A DNA stretch of 64,000 nucleotides. Origin: a virus. The translations under genes and the position numbers were made by a program. The notes under the pieces were generated by a model that saw only the letters and a program-made list of their open reading frames with translations, did not search any database and was not told the origin of the DNA. Of the stretch, positions 10,152 through 19,832 are shown piece by piece; within the stretch, counting starts at the first letter, position 1, and each line of letters begins with the position of its first letter. The DNA is taken from IMG/VR virus record IMGVR_UViG_3300026484_000105, positions 45,993-109,992 of that record. One strand, given 5' to 3'.

Positions 10152-10760
10152 TTAATATTCAACTTCAATATCAAAAGGAACTCCATCAAAAAGTTCTTTG
10201 TTTTTATCTGCTTTATTGTCAGATATTAATTTTAAGATAGCATCATCCCATTTATCTCTAGGAGTACTTTTAAACATTTTAAATAAAGACTGTATAACAA
10301 ATACATATCTAGTAGATGGGTAGTTGTATTGTGTTATTTTAGAATTCATGCCATGTATGCTGTTTTTATCAACATCAAAACTAGTAAATACAACATCATC
10401 TTTAAGCTTCATTAAACCATTAATTAATTTCTCATCACTAACGATTCTTAAATATGTTAGATGTGTTAGTATGGCAATGTAGTTAACAACTTTAACTTCT
10501 TTACTTTTAGGTATCTTATTAATATCTTTAAAAGTAAGTTTGTTTTTGGTAAGTAATCTTCTTGGATACATAGGAGTTACTATAAAATCCATAGCTGTAC
10601 GCAAACAAGTTATTTTACCTATTAAAGTATTAGTCGCATTAAACGTCGCTCCAAAGGCTAATTTTCTACCGATTATACTCGGCGTACGCGCGCTTATATT
10701 AACATAATCAGTGTCTTCTTTGCCACCCATTGGAATTTTTGGTAAATCAATAGCTTGCAT
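10152..10760 (-). CDS. Hypothetical phage protein
   Basis: 202-aa ORF, coupled to the upstream ORF. Confidence 0.6.
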   Translation of the reverse strand: MQAIDLPKIPMGGKEDTDYVNISARTPSIIGRKLAFGATFNATNTLIGKITCLRTAMDFIVTPMYPRRLLTKNKLTFKDINKIPKSKEVKVVNYIAILTHLTYLRIVSDEKLINGLMKLKDDVVFTSFDVDKNSIHGMNSKITQYNYPSTRYVFVIQSLFKMFKSTPRDKWDDAILKLISDNKADKNKELFDGVPFDIEVEY

Positions 10761-11212
10761 TATTTTTCTCTCCCATCCATAATATCTACGATAGTTTTAA
10801 TACCGTATATTCTAACTAACAATAAAGTAGTTATAAATACTGATACATTGCCATTTTTTAATTGCCCTACAAGAGCTGTCGGTAATGTATCTGAACTATT
10901 AACCTTTGAAATAGTAGTTATTATAGATTTAGAAAGGTTATCTAAATCAATACCACGTAACATCATTTCTAGGTGTAGTGAATTAATAAAATCAAGAACA
11001 ACATCTTGCGCCTCTGCCTTTTCCGTAAGCGCATTGAGTATCTCATTTATCGCTGTTTTAGTAAAGAAGGTATTTATGTTTACCTTATTTAAAAAGTTCA
11101 TAAAGTTAAACAGAATAGTTAAGTCATCTATATTTAATGTAAAATTATCTATAGTTGATTTTACGCTCTCAGTTATTACGTCTTTAATATCGTTATTTCT
11201 CATTCTCATCAT
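10760..11212 (-). CDS. Hypothetical phage protein
   Basis: 150-aa ORF overlapping its neighbours in an operon. Confidence 0.55.
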   Translation of the reverse strand: MMRMRNNDIKDVITESVKSTIDNFTLNIDDLTILFNFMNFLNKVNINTFFTKTAINEILNALTEKAEAQDVVLDFINSLHLEMMLRGIDLDNLSKSIITTISKVNSSDTLPTALVGQLKNGNVSVFITTLLLVRIYGIKTIVDIMDGREK

Positions 11213-11906
11213 CCTTCATCGCAGAAACAGTATGCACGCTTATTGTTCTATTTGCATTTAAAATTTCTACAGTTAATCTTATTTTTCTAACTAGAAGTAT
11301 ATTAAAAGTTAAATCCATATATGTCTTCCATGTTATCTCTTTAGCAATAAGAGAACTATTTAGCGAAGATCTAGGTTTGCTCTTTAGATTAGTATTCTTA
11401 GATATTATTTCTAAGTGGTTTTCTACTAATTCCTTAGTTTGTTTATTTAAACCTAAATCCGTTAAACACTCTTTTAATAATGCACCTAATATTGAATTTT
11501 CCTTTTCCATATATAGTCTATCAGTTTTTTCAATAAGTAATATATGCAACGATTCATTTTTATCATCTACATTCTTAAGTTTAAACTTTTTGATCATATC
11601 TTCTGTATGCGTCAAAGTTATCATTACCTTAAGTTTTCTAACTCTTAATAAATTAAATGTTAGGTCTATAAACGTTTTCCATGTTATCTCGTTAGCGGTT
11701 ATATTATTTATTAAAGAAGACCTAGTCTTCCTTTTCTGTATCTTTATATCTTTATCATTAGCATTTTTTATATATCTGTTAATGAGAAATTCTATTTTAT
11801 TTATAAGATTAAGCTCCATAAGTATTCTATGGAACAATTTGCCTAAAATTGAATTTTCTTTACTATTGGAAACATTACTGTCAATTTTACTCAACTTACC
11901 TTTCAT
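11193..11906 (-). CDS. Hypothetical protein made of a tandemly duplicated ~110-aa domain
   Basis: KENSILG...RSSL...EITWKT..DLTFN.L.VRK occurs twice; RBS AGGAG. Confidence 0.7.
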   Translation of the reverse strand: MKGKLSKIDSNVSNSKENSILGKLFHRILMELNLINKIEFLINRYIKNANDKDIKIQKRKTRSSLINNITANEITWKTFIDLTFNLLRVRKLKVMITLTHTEDMIKKFKLKNVDDKNESLHILLIEKTDRLYMEKENSILGALLKECLTDLGLNKQTKELVENHLEIISKNTNLKSKPRSSLNSSLIAKEITWKTYMDLTFNILLVRKIRLTVEILNANRTISVHTVSAMKDDENEK

Positions 11907-11982
11907 GTGTTTCTCCTATACCTACTCTACTTAAGGTAACTTCTTTTTTTGTTTTTTAAGTTTATGCTTTCTTTTTACATTA

Positions 11983-12492
11983 CTATTCCTTTTCTATTTG
12001 ATTTTCAATAAGTACATCTACGATGTCTTCTATATTAATAATATATGGTCTTAATTTAATCGAGATACCATATTCTTTTGTTCTAGACATATCTTTAGTT
12101 AAATACTCATATCGCTTAGCTAGTTCTAATGCAGTGGATGAATACTTCTTCCATAAATTTTCAGGTTCAGTAATTATCTTCATAGACGAATCTGTAAACC
12201 ATAAGTTAAATCTTAAATCTTTTATAGAGTTTTCAGTTACCCTTTTTATATTTACAGAATCATTATCAAGTCCTTTTATAATATCATTCATAACATCTAT
12301 GTAATCAAATACATTTAATTCTAGACTTCTAATCCTAAGACTATTATAGTTATCTGAATAGGGTTCTATCTTAATGTTTCTATCAATACATTTTAATTTA
12401 TCTATTAGAGTTTTACAATTATAACATTCTTTATAATAAAATATTTTCTTAAATATATTTAACAAAACTACTCCTTTAATATTTTTAATCAA
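11983..12492 (-). CDS. Hypothetical phage protein
   Basis: 169-aa ORF; start uncertain. Confidence 0.55.
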   Translation of the reverse strand: MIKNIKGVVLLNIFKKIFYYKECYNCKTLIDKLKCIDRNIKIEPYSDNYNSLRIRSLELNVFDYIDVMNDIIKGLDNDSVNIKRVTENSIKDLRFNLWFTDSSMKIITEPENLWKKYSSTALELAKRYEYLTKDMSRTKEYGISIKLRPYIINIEDIVDVLIENQIEKE

Positions 12493-12551
12493 ACATTAGT
12501 AAATCTTATAAATGATATTTTAATGATATTACTATTTAAAAGGGATAAGCT

Positions 12552-12962
12552 ATGGCAGAACAAAATAACGGTATGTTTAATAGTGCTGATTTAGCAGTAT
12601 TTAAGAAAACCAATGATTTAAGATTAAAACTAATAGACAGCATGACTGAAGACGATGTACCTACTAGAAGTGGAGACATCCGTGTTCTTAACGAAACATT
12701 AGATGCTGCAGATAGACAAGTTATGGAGCTTGCTAAGATTAAAGTTAAACAGCAAGAGAATGAAGGCAATGCTAGAACACTTAACATGGTCGCAGAGATT
12801 CTGGGTAGAGTTAGTGCAAGTGGCGATATTAAACCTATATCTAATAAAGAGATAGAGTTGCCAGATGACTATATACCAGTCGATATAGTTCCAGGTGAAA
12901 CAGATACGTCTCCAGAAGAACTAGATTTAAGTACATTTATAAAGGAAGATGATGAACAGTAG
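12552..12962 (+). CDS. Hypothetical phage protein, acidic C-terminus
   Basis: 136-aa ORF with RBS AAGGGA. Confidence 0.65.
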   Translation: MAEQNNGMFNSADLAVFKKTNDLRLKLIDSMTEDDVPTRSGDIRVLNETLDAADRQVMELAKIKVKQQENEGNARTLNMVAEILGRVSASGDIKPISNKEIELPDDYIPVDIVPGETDTSPEELDLSTFIKEDDEQ

Positions 12963-13779
12963 TATAAGAACTATATATGGGGTAGATTTGTCGTTAGCTA
13001 ACCTTAAGGGTACAGTTTATAAACCTTTACCAAATACAACATTAAATGAAAAATTTAATATAGAAGTTAGGATACCAAATGAGAAAACGGGTAATCCTAC
13101 ATTAAAAGGTTTTTGTATAGGTAATGGTAATACGCCTACATTGGGTAAAAATGAAGATGGTATTTTATTCTATGGAAGATATAATGCGAATGATGGGGCT
13201 CTTCACTCACATATTCCTTTTATAGTAAGGGAGTTAAGGTACGACTTAAGTTCTATTGATAAGAGTAAATATAGATTAAGAAAAGAGATAGTTAAAGATG
13301 GCGTTAAGTATGTGGCTTATTATATGAAAGTTATAGAACCAGTAGATAGAAAGAGTCAGATACTTGAAATAGCCGTAGCAAATGATGGTACATATGGCAT
13401 TAGTAACTACAACACTAACGATGCTTCTATCCTAAATCCAACCGAAATCGAAACAGAGCAAATAAGTAAGTCGGTAACGAATAAATATATAGTTATATCT
13501 GACCAGATAGGTTTAACTCTAAATAAAGACGAATTGGATGAAATTAGAAAGGGTATGAAAACATTAGGTCTCGATACATTAAGTAACAAAATAAATGAGT
13601 TAGCTGTATGTACTGGACTTGATGGTATTGATGTAGTCAATCATATGGAAGAATCATTCTGTACCCAAATATTTATATTTGCTGATTTGCCGTATGAAGT
13701 TGATTTAGAGCTTATAGAAGATAAGGGTTTCTATAGGGAGATAGAGATTGGTGGGATGGAACCTATATCTATAAGATGA
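12949..13779 (+). CDS. Conserved phiKZ-like virion structural protein (probable)
   Basis: NTTLNEKF, F.IGNG, HIPFIVR, YRLRKE, YVAYY motifs, recalled from jumbo-phage structural proteins. Confidence 0.55.
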   Translation: MMNSSIRTIYGVDLSLANLKGTVYKPLPNTTLNEKFNIEVRIPNEKTGNPTLKGFCIGNGNTPTLGKNEDGILFYGRYNANDGALHSHIPFIVRELRYDLSSIDKSKYRLRKEIVKDGVKYVAYYMKVIEPVDRKSQILEIAVANDGTYGISNYNTNDASILNPTEIETEQISKSVTNKYIVISDQIGLTLNKDELDEIRKGMKTLGLDTLSNKINELAVCTGLDGIDVVNHMEESFCTQIFIFADLPYEVDLELIEDKGFYREIEIGGMEPISIR

Positions 13780-13821
13780 TGTTGGGGTCTATCACCTAAC
13801 ATTATTAATATAGTCTATTTA

Positions 13822-14442
13822 ATGAATAACTTAAAAAGAGAGTACAAGATGTTAAGAAACATTAAAGAAATAGTACCAGATAATTTTGTGGATACAGTAA
13901 ATATATTAGCCATAGATCCAGGTACTACAACTGTAGGCGTGTCAGTATTTACTATAAATGTAATAACGTTTGAGCTTTTAAATGTGGAGACTATCTTAAT
14001 TGATACAAGTATAAGGTTTGAACCAAGGGATTTAACAAAAGATCTTTTAATAAGATTAAATACTTTGTATAATAGAATGAAAGAACTAATAGCCTATTAT
14101 GATCCACATTTAGTAAGTGTAGAAAATGGTTTCATAAATAGACTTAGACCAGCTGCATACGGTCCATTATCACAGTCTATTATGGCTATAGAGTTAGCCG
14201 CTATGGACGTCAATCCGTTTATAAAGATATTTAAATTTGCACCTAAAACTATAAAGAAAGTCACTACTGCTGGCGGTGCTGCTGGTAAGGTAGATATGTT
14301 GGTTGGTGTTAAAAATATAAATGAGATAACGAGATATATAAATCCAGATTTAATTAGTGAGCATGAGGTAGATAGTATAGCTGTTAATTATACTATGTTA
14401 CAGTATTTAAGAGAGAATCCTATAATACTTTTAATTCTATAA
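13822..14442 (+). CDS. ruvC: RuvC-like Holliday junction resolvase
   Basis: ILAIDPGTTTVGVS, VSVENGF, GAAGKVDM, HEVDSIAV catalytic motifs; the true start may be the second Met. Confidence 0.85.
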   Translation: MNNLKREYKMLRNIKEIVPDNFVDTVNILAIDPGTTTVGVSVFTINVITFELLNVETILIDTSIRFEPRDLTKDLLIRLNTLYNRMKELIAYYDPHLVSVENGFINRLRPAAYGPLSQSIMAIELAAMDVNPFIKIFKFAPKTIKKVTTAGGAAGKVDMLVGVKNINEITRYINPDLISEHEVDSIAVNYTMLQYLRENPIILLIL

Positions 14443-14454
14443 AAAAGGAAAACA

Positions 14455-14949
14455 ATGATAAATTTAGCAATGTTAAAAAATAACAAATGGATAATGATTG
14501 GGTTAGTGCTAATACTTATGATATTAATTTATTTGATTATAGGTAAAGTGGATAACTTATTACATCCAAATTTAGATAAACAAATGGCAAGACAACATGT
14601 GGCTGATAAGGTTATTATAAACGAAGTTGTTAAGAAAAATAAAGAGTTACACGAAATAGTTGTAAAGGATAAAAAAGCTAGCGAGTTAACGATAGGAGTT
14701 ACTAATAAGTATACTGATGAAAAGGTAAAAAAGGATAGTAAGGTTGATAAGAAAACATCTGATTTAAATATGAAACAAAAAATATTAGAAAACAAATCAA
14801 ATGTTAGGGATTTGCCGTTAGGTAATGATAAGCGTACGTTGGCACAGAAGATACTGGATGACAATGATTACCAAAGAAGATTGGAAATTGAGTCTGCCAA
14901 AGTAAATATAAGCGCCATATACGCAGTATATGCTATTGTAAAAGAGTAA
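14455..14949 (+). CDS. Inner-membrane spanin (Rz-like)
   Basis: Single N-terminal TM (WIMIGLVLILMILIYLII) followed by a K-rich helical domain; immediately upstream of a lipoprotein gene. Confidence 0.7.
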   Translation: MINLAMLKNNKWIMIGLVLILMILIYLIIGKVDNLLHPNLDKQMARQHVADKVIINEVVKKNKELHEIVVKDKKASELTIGVTNKYTDEKVKKDSKVDKKTSDLNMKQKILENKSNVRDLPLGNDKRTLAQKILDDNDYQRRLEIESAKVNISAIYAVYAIVKE

Positions 14950-15288
14950 ATGATGTTAAAATATATTATGATTGGTATAATGACTATTTTCTTAACTGGT
15001 TGTCTTGGTACTCCTGAACCAGTAATACAAACTAAGATAGTCTATGTAGATAAAAAGATATTGGTTAGTCCTCCAAAACATTTGTTGGAGTCGGTAGATA
15101 TTCCAAAACCGCCAAATAAGGAAGTATTTATACATACAGATAATGTTACAAGATTGAACATGATTAGTAAATATACGATAAGTTTATTGAAAGCACTTGG
15201 TGATAGTAATGCCAAAATAAAAGCCATACATGATTGGAGTTCAAGTATGGATAAAGTTTATAACGACAAGGAAGATTATCATAAGTAA
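14950..15288 (+). CDS. Outer-membrane lipoprotein spanin (Rz1-like)
   Basis: Signal peptide with lipobox LTGC, Pro-rich segment (PEPV...SPPKHLL...PKPP), abutting the i-spanin gene. Confidence 0.75.
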   Translation: MMLKYIMIGIMTIFLTGCLGTPEPVIQTKIVYVDKKILVSPPKHLLESVDIPKPPNKEVFIHTDNVTRLNMISKYTISLLKALGDSNAKIKAIHDWSSSMDKVYNDKEDYHK

Positions 15289-15308
15289 CATTAATGTTAC
15301 TTATGATA
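15277..15308. terminator. Perfect 32-bp palindrome between convergent genes
   Basis: TATCATAAGTAACATT/AATGTTACTTATGATA. Confidence 0.7.
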
Positions 15309-15314
15309 TGTCTT

Positions 15315-16079
15315 TTAACATGGATCAGGTGGACTGGTTTTACTTCCGATTGACTCTGGGTGTACGTGAGTATGTCCTATGTCCCTATCATTATGCTTAA
15401 TGCAAGAACCGAATATATGGAATTGCGGTACATTGAATGTAGCCTTTGGAGCATTAAGTACAACCTCTTTCTTAAAGTTGGCAGTTAAAGTATCCTTAGC
15501 ACTGTCAAATACAATACTGTTACCTCTACCATCTTCCATCTTTATATTGCCTGCTTTGGTATCAATACTTATATCATATGTGGTTAACTCACCATCATTA
15601 TCAGATGTATGTAACTGTACTTTTTTATTAATTGTATCTATTAAAGTCCAGTACGTGTTATTATCATGTAGGTCTTCCTTAAATACACCAGTATTACTAT
15701 AGTAATTCTTAACCTTCTCTTGTCTTCTCAGATCGAATTCATTATACATAGTTGTCCAGAAGAATTCATCCGTATCTGTATATCTATATATTTGGACCTG
15801 CTCACCTTTCTTTACATTAGGAGCATATACTCTATTACTATAAAGTAATGGTATCCATTTTGCTTTTATACTTACACCTTTCCTAAGTATAATAACTTCA
15901 GTCTCTTCATCAACATTAACGCATGTATTTGGCAATATATCTTTATAATTTATATCACCATCTATATGGGTCATATTCTCTAATGGGAAACATTCTATAA
16001 TATCATCATCTTCTATGATATCTTTAGCTACTATAGCCACTGAGTATCTAGTAAATTTACTAGGTCCATCATACATCAA
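15315..16079 (-). CDS. Baseplate central spike / tail tip protein (phiKZ gp164-like, P2 gpV-like)
   Basis: APNVKKGEQVQIYRY OB-fold motif, beta-helix-like repeats, C-terminal HTHVH metal-binding apex motif; neighbour of the SbcC-like gene. Confidence 0.75.
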   Translation of the reverse strand: MMYDGPSKFTRYSVAIVAKDIIEDDDIIECFPLENMTHIDGDINYKDILPNTCVNVDEETEVIILRKGVSIKAKWIPLLYSNRVYAPNVKKGEQVQIYRYTDTDEFFWTTMYNEFDLRRQEKVKNYYSNTGVFKEDLHDNNTYWTLIDTINKKVQLHTSDNDGELTTYDISIDTKAGNIKMEDGRGNSIVFDSAKDTLTANFKKEVVLNAPKATFNVPQFHIFGSCIKHNDRDIGHTHVHPESIGSKTSPPDPC

Positions 16080-16156
16080 ATCTCCTTACTTTTAAAATTA
16101 TCATTAAAATGTTATGGGTAAAAAAGAAAAAAAGGGACTAAGTAGCAAATGGCTAC

Positions 16157-16501
16157 TTAGTCTAAGCTTATTTTCAACCCTTCACATTCCTTGTTCCATA
16201 CCCTTACGAATTCATTTATGAATCCCTCAGTTGTATTAAACAACTTCATTATCTCTTCTGCATCAGCTGGCTCAACTTGTGCGATTCTATACTCTGTAAT
16301 TGTAAGGACCTCACGATTATCATCTATCTCTGTATCACACATAATGATTAAACGATCGCCTTCACTACACACTTCATCTTCTATCCAGAAATCAGGTATA
16401 GAGTAATCCCCAGTTATTTCGCCGTTATCAATTTTTCTGTTGTACGACGCGCTCTTTATAATCAGGTCTCTGATCCTTGTTAGTGATAAAATAGTTTTCA
16501 T
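16157..16501 (-). CDS. Hypothetical early protein
   Basis: Start reassigned to ATG at 16501 after AAGGAG; downstream of an early promoter and leader hairpins. Confidence 0.65.
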   Translation of the reverse strand: MKTILSLTRIRDLIIKSASYNRKIDNGEITGDYSIPDFWIEDEVCSEGDRLIIMCDTEIDDNREVLTITEYRIAQVEPADAEEIMKLFNTTEGFINEFVRVWNKECEGLKISLD

Positions 16502-16552
16502 AATTACTCCTTGTGTTAGAGGTACCTCTTGGATACTTAACAAAATTATGTC

Positions 16553-16572
16553 TTGATACTACCATGTATCTA
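16553..16572 (-). promoter_or_regulatory. Conserved 5'-leader hairpin motif, copy 1
   Basis: TAGATACATGGTAGTATCAA (GATAC/GTATC stem), also at 26904 and 40280. Confidence 0.75.
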
Positions 16573-16574
16573 TC

Positions 16575-16593
16575 AATATAATATATAATTGAA
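16575..16593 (-). promoter_or_regulatory. Early-type phage promoter
   Basis: TTCAATTATATATTATATT, member of a motif family recurring ten times upstream of minus-strand cassettes. Confidence 0.6.
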
Positions 16594-16663
16594 TTATATT
16601 GGAAACCTATTTTTTAGTTTTTTAAAGGTAAACAATAAAATGAATATTAATTAAGGATCTACA

Positions 16664-19123
16664 ATGTATATAAAGAAATTAGTTTTAAAAGGATATAAAC
16701 GACTATTTTTAGCTTTTATAAACAAACTTGAATTCACACCAGAGAAAAGAATAAATATCATTGTTGGTAAAAATGGTAGTGGTAAATCTAGTACACTTAA
16801 AGAACTGACTCCCATACCAGCTAATATAAATAAAGATTATGAGGATGGTGGTTATAAAGAAATAGTTCTAGAACATAATAATAAAACGTATCATTTAACA
16901 TCAGGTTTAATTGGTAAAAACAAACATAGTTTTTTAGTAGATAATGAAGAACTCAATCCAGCAGGAACAAGAAAGGTGCAACTGATACTGGTTAAGGAAC
17001 ACTTTAATGTTACTCCTGACATACACGATGTACTTATAGGTCTTAAAAACTTTACAGATATGTCTGTTAAAGAACGTAAAGATTGGCTAACTAATATATC
17101 TACAGTAGATTATACATACGCAATCTCTGTATTTAACAAATTGAAACAAAGAAACAGAGATATAATAGGAGCATTAAAAATATCCCAGTCGGAATTATCC
17201 AAAACTTCAGATGGTATAAAAAGCGACGAGGAGCTAAAAAAGATAGAAGACGAGCTATCTATCCTAAAAGAATTATTAATGGTTTCTACGGCATCTAAAA
17301 CGTCTTTAACAGGTGATATAGAAATTGATGAAGAAACAATAAGACAAATATGTAAAGATGCTAATAAAATCATTAGTAAGATAGTTAAACCAAAAGGATT
17401 ATCCAAGGATATTAATATAGAAACGTTAATAGCTATAGATAAAACAGAAATAGAAACTATTGAAAAGAATATAGAGAAAACTAATAAAGTACTCAAAGAG
17501 CTATCTTTTATAGAGGATAACAAAGAGAAATCCTCAGCCAATATAATAAGCGATAAGCTCTCTTTGATAGAAAGAGAGATAAAGGTATTGGAGGAAAGTA
17601 TGATTGTACCAATCCCCCTTAAAGAGATAACTGACACTCATAATTATTTTAGTTATATCTATCAGGATTTAGTATCTTTAATTACTGTCGTAGTAGATAA
17701 TACATTTGATGAATATAATAAGACTAACCATGATACTGATGTTGCCAAGAAGATAAACTTAGAAAGTAAAGTATCTGATAAAAAATCTTTACTAAATAAG
17801 TTAGAGGTACAATTAGCGACAATGGTACATAACAGAGATCATAATGAAGTAACCTGTACCAAATGTAATAATATATGGTCAATAGGGTATGATAAAAAAG
17901 AACATAAATATATCTTAAGAAAGATAGAAGAAGTAAATAGGACCATCACTTCTATGGAAGCTGAGATTAAAAAACTAGAAGATACTTTAAAATTCTTTAT
18001 AAATAAAATGAATGCTGTAAGCAAAATAAAGGATTTAATTAAATCAGAGTCTAATGCAAATCTACGTAAGATCTTATTATATGTTCTGAATAACAGTGAC
18101 CTTATAAACAATGGTCAAAGTACAATAGATCTGTTATTTAAGATAAATGTTGATTTCAAAGAATGGTTAAGGATACCATCATTACTTATAGAGTATGACG
18201 AGTTAATGAGGGATATGAATGTTATAGAAGCTAAGCGCAAATTGGAGTTAGAGCACTTTAATGTTAATAAAGATAAATTGGAAGCAGAGCTTTCTGATAT
18301 GCTTACTAGAAAGAGATTCTTAAATAGCAGGCTTGATGAATATAATTTATACAGACAATCTATAAATGTACTAAAAGTACTTAATGACAAACTTATAGAA
18401 TTACTTAAACAATCGAGACAGGCAGTTGATATTAACATAAACAATCTAAGGAATATAGAATTGAATAATGTTATAAAAACCCTAAATCTTGAAATAAGTA
18501 GGTTAGAGAGTCAGATAACGGAATCTAGGTATAGTAAACGTATAATAGATGATAACAAGCTAAAGGTAGTTAATCTAAATAAAAGAAAGAAAGCCACTGA
18601 TATTTTAATAGATGGAATGTCACCAACTAATGGTCTTATAGCCAAGTCTATAACGCAGTTCTTAAATATGTTTATAAACGATGTTAATAATGTTATAAAT
18701 TCTGTTTGGAATTATAGCATTGAAGTCCTACCCTGTAATGTTACAGAATCAGCAGATTTAGATTACAAATTTGAAGTTAAAGTAGATGGTCGTAATATTA
18801 TAGAGGATATAAGTAAAACTAGTTCATCTATGCAGGAGATTATAAATTTAGCATTTAAGATTATAAGCATGAAGTATCTTGGTATGGAGGATTACCCATT
18901 ATATTTAGATGAGTATGCTGCTTCATTTGATGCACATCACGCCATAAAGGCTTATGATGTAATAGAGTCATTAAGTGAGTCTAGCTTTAACCAAGTATTT
19001 ATGATTAGTCATTATGAGAATACATATACGAGATTCGCAGATGCCGATATATCAGTTCTTGATCCAGAGAACCTTATGCTGGATAGGGATCTTGAAATAA
19101 ATAGAGTTTTAACTATACTATAG
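16664..19123 (+). CDS. sbcC: SbcC/Rad50-like SMC ATPase (phiKZ gp165-like)
   Basis: Walker A GKNGSGKS, long coiled coil with CTKC zinc hook, signature SSSMQ, Walker B LYLDE, ISH switch. Confidence 0.9.
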   Translation: MYIKKLVLKGYKRLFLAFINKLEFTPEKRINIIVGKNGSGKSSTLKELTPIPANINKDYEDGGYKEIVLEHNNKTYHLTSGLIGKNKHSFLVDNEELNPAGTRKVQLILVKEHFNVTPDIHDVLIGLKNFTDMSVKERKDWLTNISTVDYTYAISVFNKLKQRNRDIIGALKISQSELSKTSDGIKSDEELKKIEDELSILKELLMVSTASKTSLTGDIEIDEETIRQICKDANKIISKIVKPKGLSKDINIETLIAIDKTEIETIEKNIEKTNKVLKELSFIEDNKEKSSANIISDKLSLIEREIKVLEESMIVPIPLKEITDTHNYFSYIYQDLVSLITVVVDNTFDEYNKTNHDTDVAKKINLESKVSDKKSLLNKLEVQLATMVHNRDHNEVTCTKCNNIWSIGYDKKEHKYILRKIEEVNRTITSMEAEIKKLEDTLKFFINKMNAVSKIKDLIKSESNANLRKILLYVLNNSDLINNGQSTIDLLFKINVDFKEWLRIPSLLIEYDELMRDMNVIEAKRKLELEHFNVNKDKLEAELSDMLTRKRFLNSRLDEYNLYRQSINVLKVLNDKLIELLKQSRQAVDININNLRNIELNNVIKTLNLEISRLESQITESRYSKRIIDDNKLKVVNLNKRKKATDILIDGMSPTNGLIAKSITQFLNMFINDVNNVINSVWNYSIEVLPCNVTESADLDYKFEVKVDGRNIIEDISKTSSSMQEIINLAFKIISMKYLGMEDYPLYLDEYAASFDAHHAIKAYDVIESLSESSFNQVFMISHYENTYTRFADADISVLDPENLMLDRDLEINRVLTIL

Positions 19124-19146
19124 TCTAACGTAAGTTAGACTATAGT
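19117..19146. terminator. Bidirectional hairpin
   Basis: ACTATAGTCTAAC-GTAA-GTTAGACTATAGT between convergent stop codons. Confidence 0.7.
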
Positions 19147-19751
19147 TACATCTTTCTATCTTTTTTAATATACTTTTCTAGATTCTCTATAAGAGAATTT
19201 CTCTTTCTAAGTAACGCTAAAGTTTCGTAGTACCTAGTTCTAAAAGATTTCTTTATCTTTATCTTATTATTACGTAGGCGCTTAAGTTGTTCAGTCTTTG
19301 TGTCGTCTAATAATACAACAGCAGATGTAAGTACTTCTTCAGTTTTTGTTTCTACGCCTATTGTATCATATATCATTTCATCTATATTTTGCTTTAGCAT
19401 ATTAAGATCATAGTTAACTGGTAGCAGGCCCACATTTATAGCAAGCATTCTCTCTTGATGTTTTAGTCCACTAATAGTAGGCATACTTAATATTCTATCT
19501 GCTGGAATATACGTGTACTCGTTACCGCTACTTAATAGAACTACTATAGGAATATTATTAGCTATGTCTTCTTTAAGATCATCTTCAGTTAAACCAGCTG
19601 GTTCATATATATTTTTGAGTGGATCATCTGCCATTATCTCATTAAGGTTACGTATGCCAGTAACGCTATATTCTGCCATATCAGATAAGATATTATCGAA
19701 TGGAGGTGCTAGTTTAAATTTGCCTTTTGAATTAATTGGTGGTATTATCAT
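19146..19751 (-). CDS. Conserved phiKZ-like virion protein (probable)
   Basis: PPINSKGKFKLAPPF N-terminus and C-terminal coiled coil, recalled from phiKZ-like structural proteins. Confidence 0.55.
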   Translation of the reverse strand: MIIPPINSKGKFKLAPPFDNILSDMAEYSVTGIRNLNEIMADDPLKNIYEPAGLTEDDLKEDIANNIPIVVLLSSGNEYTYIPADRILSMPTISGLKHQERMLAINVGLLPVNYDLNMLKQNIDEMIYDTIGVETKTEEVLTSAVVLLDDTKTEQLKRLRNNKIKIKKSFRTRYYETLALLRKRNSLIENLEKYIKKDRKM

Positions 19752-19797
19752 AATATTTCCTTTATTTTTATAATCAATAAATTGGAAAGAATAATAA

Positions 19798-19827
19798 AGT
19801 TAGTATAACCATATGGTTATACTAACT
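19798..19827 (-). terminator. Perfect 30-bp palindrome after a head-protein gene
   Basis: AGTTAGTATAACCAT/ATGGTTATACTAACT. Confidence 0.65.
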
Positions 19828-19832
19828 AAACA

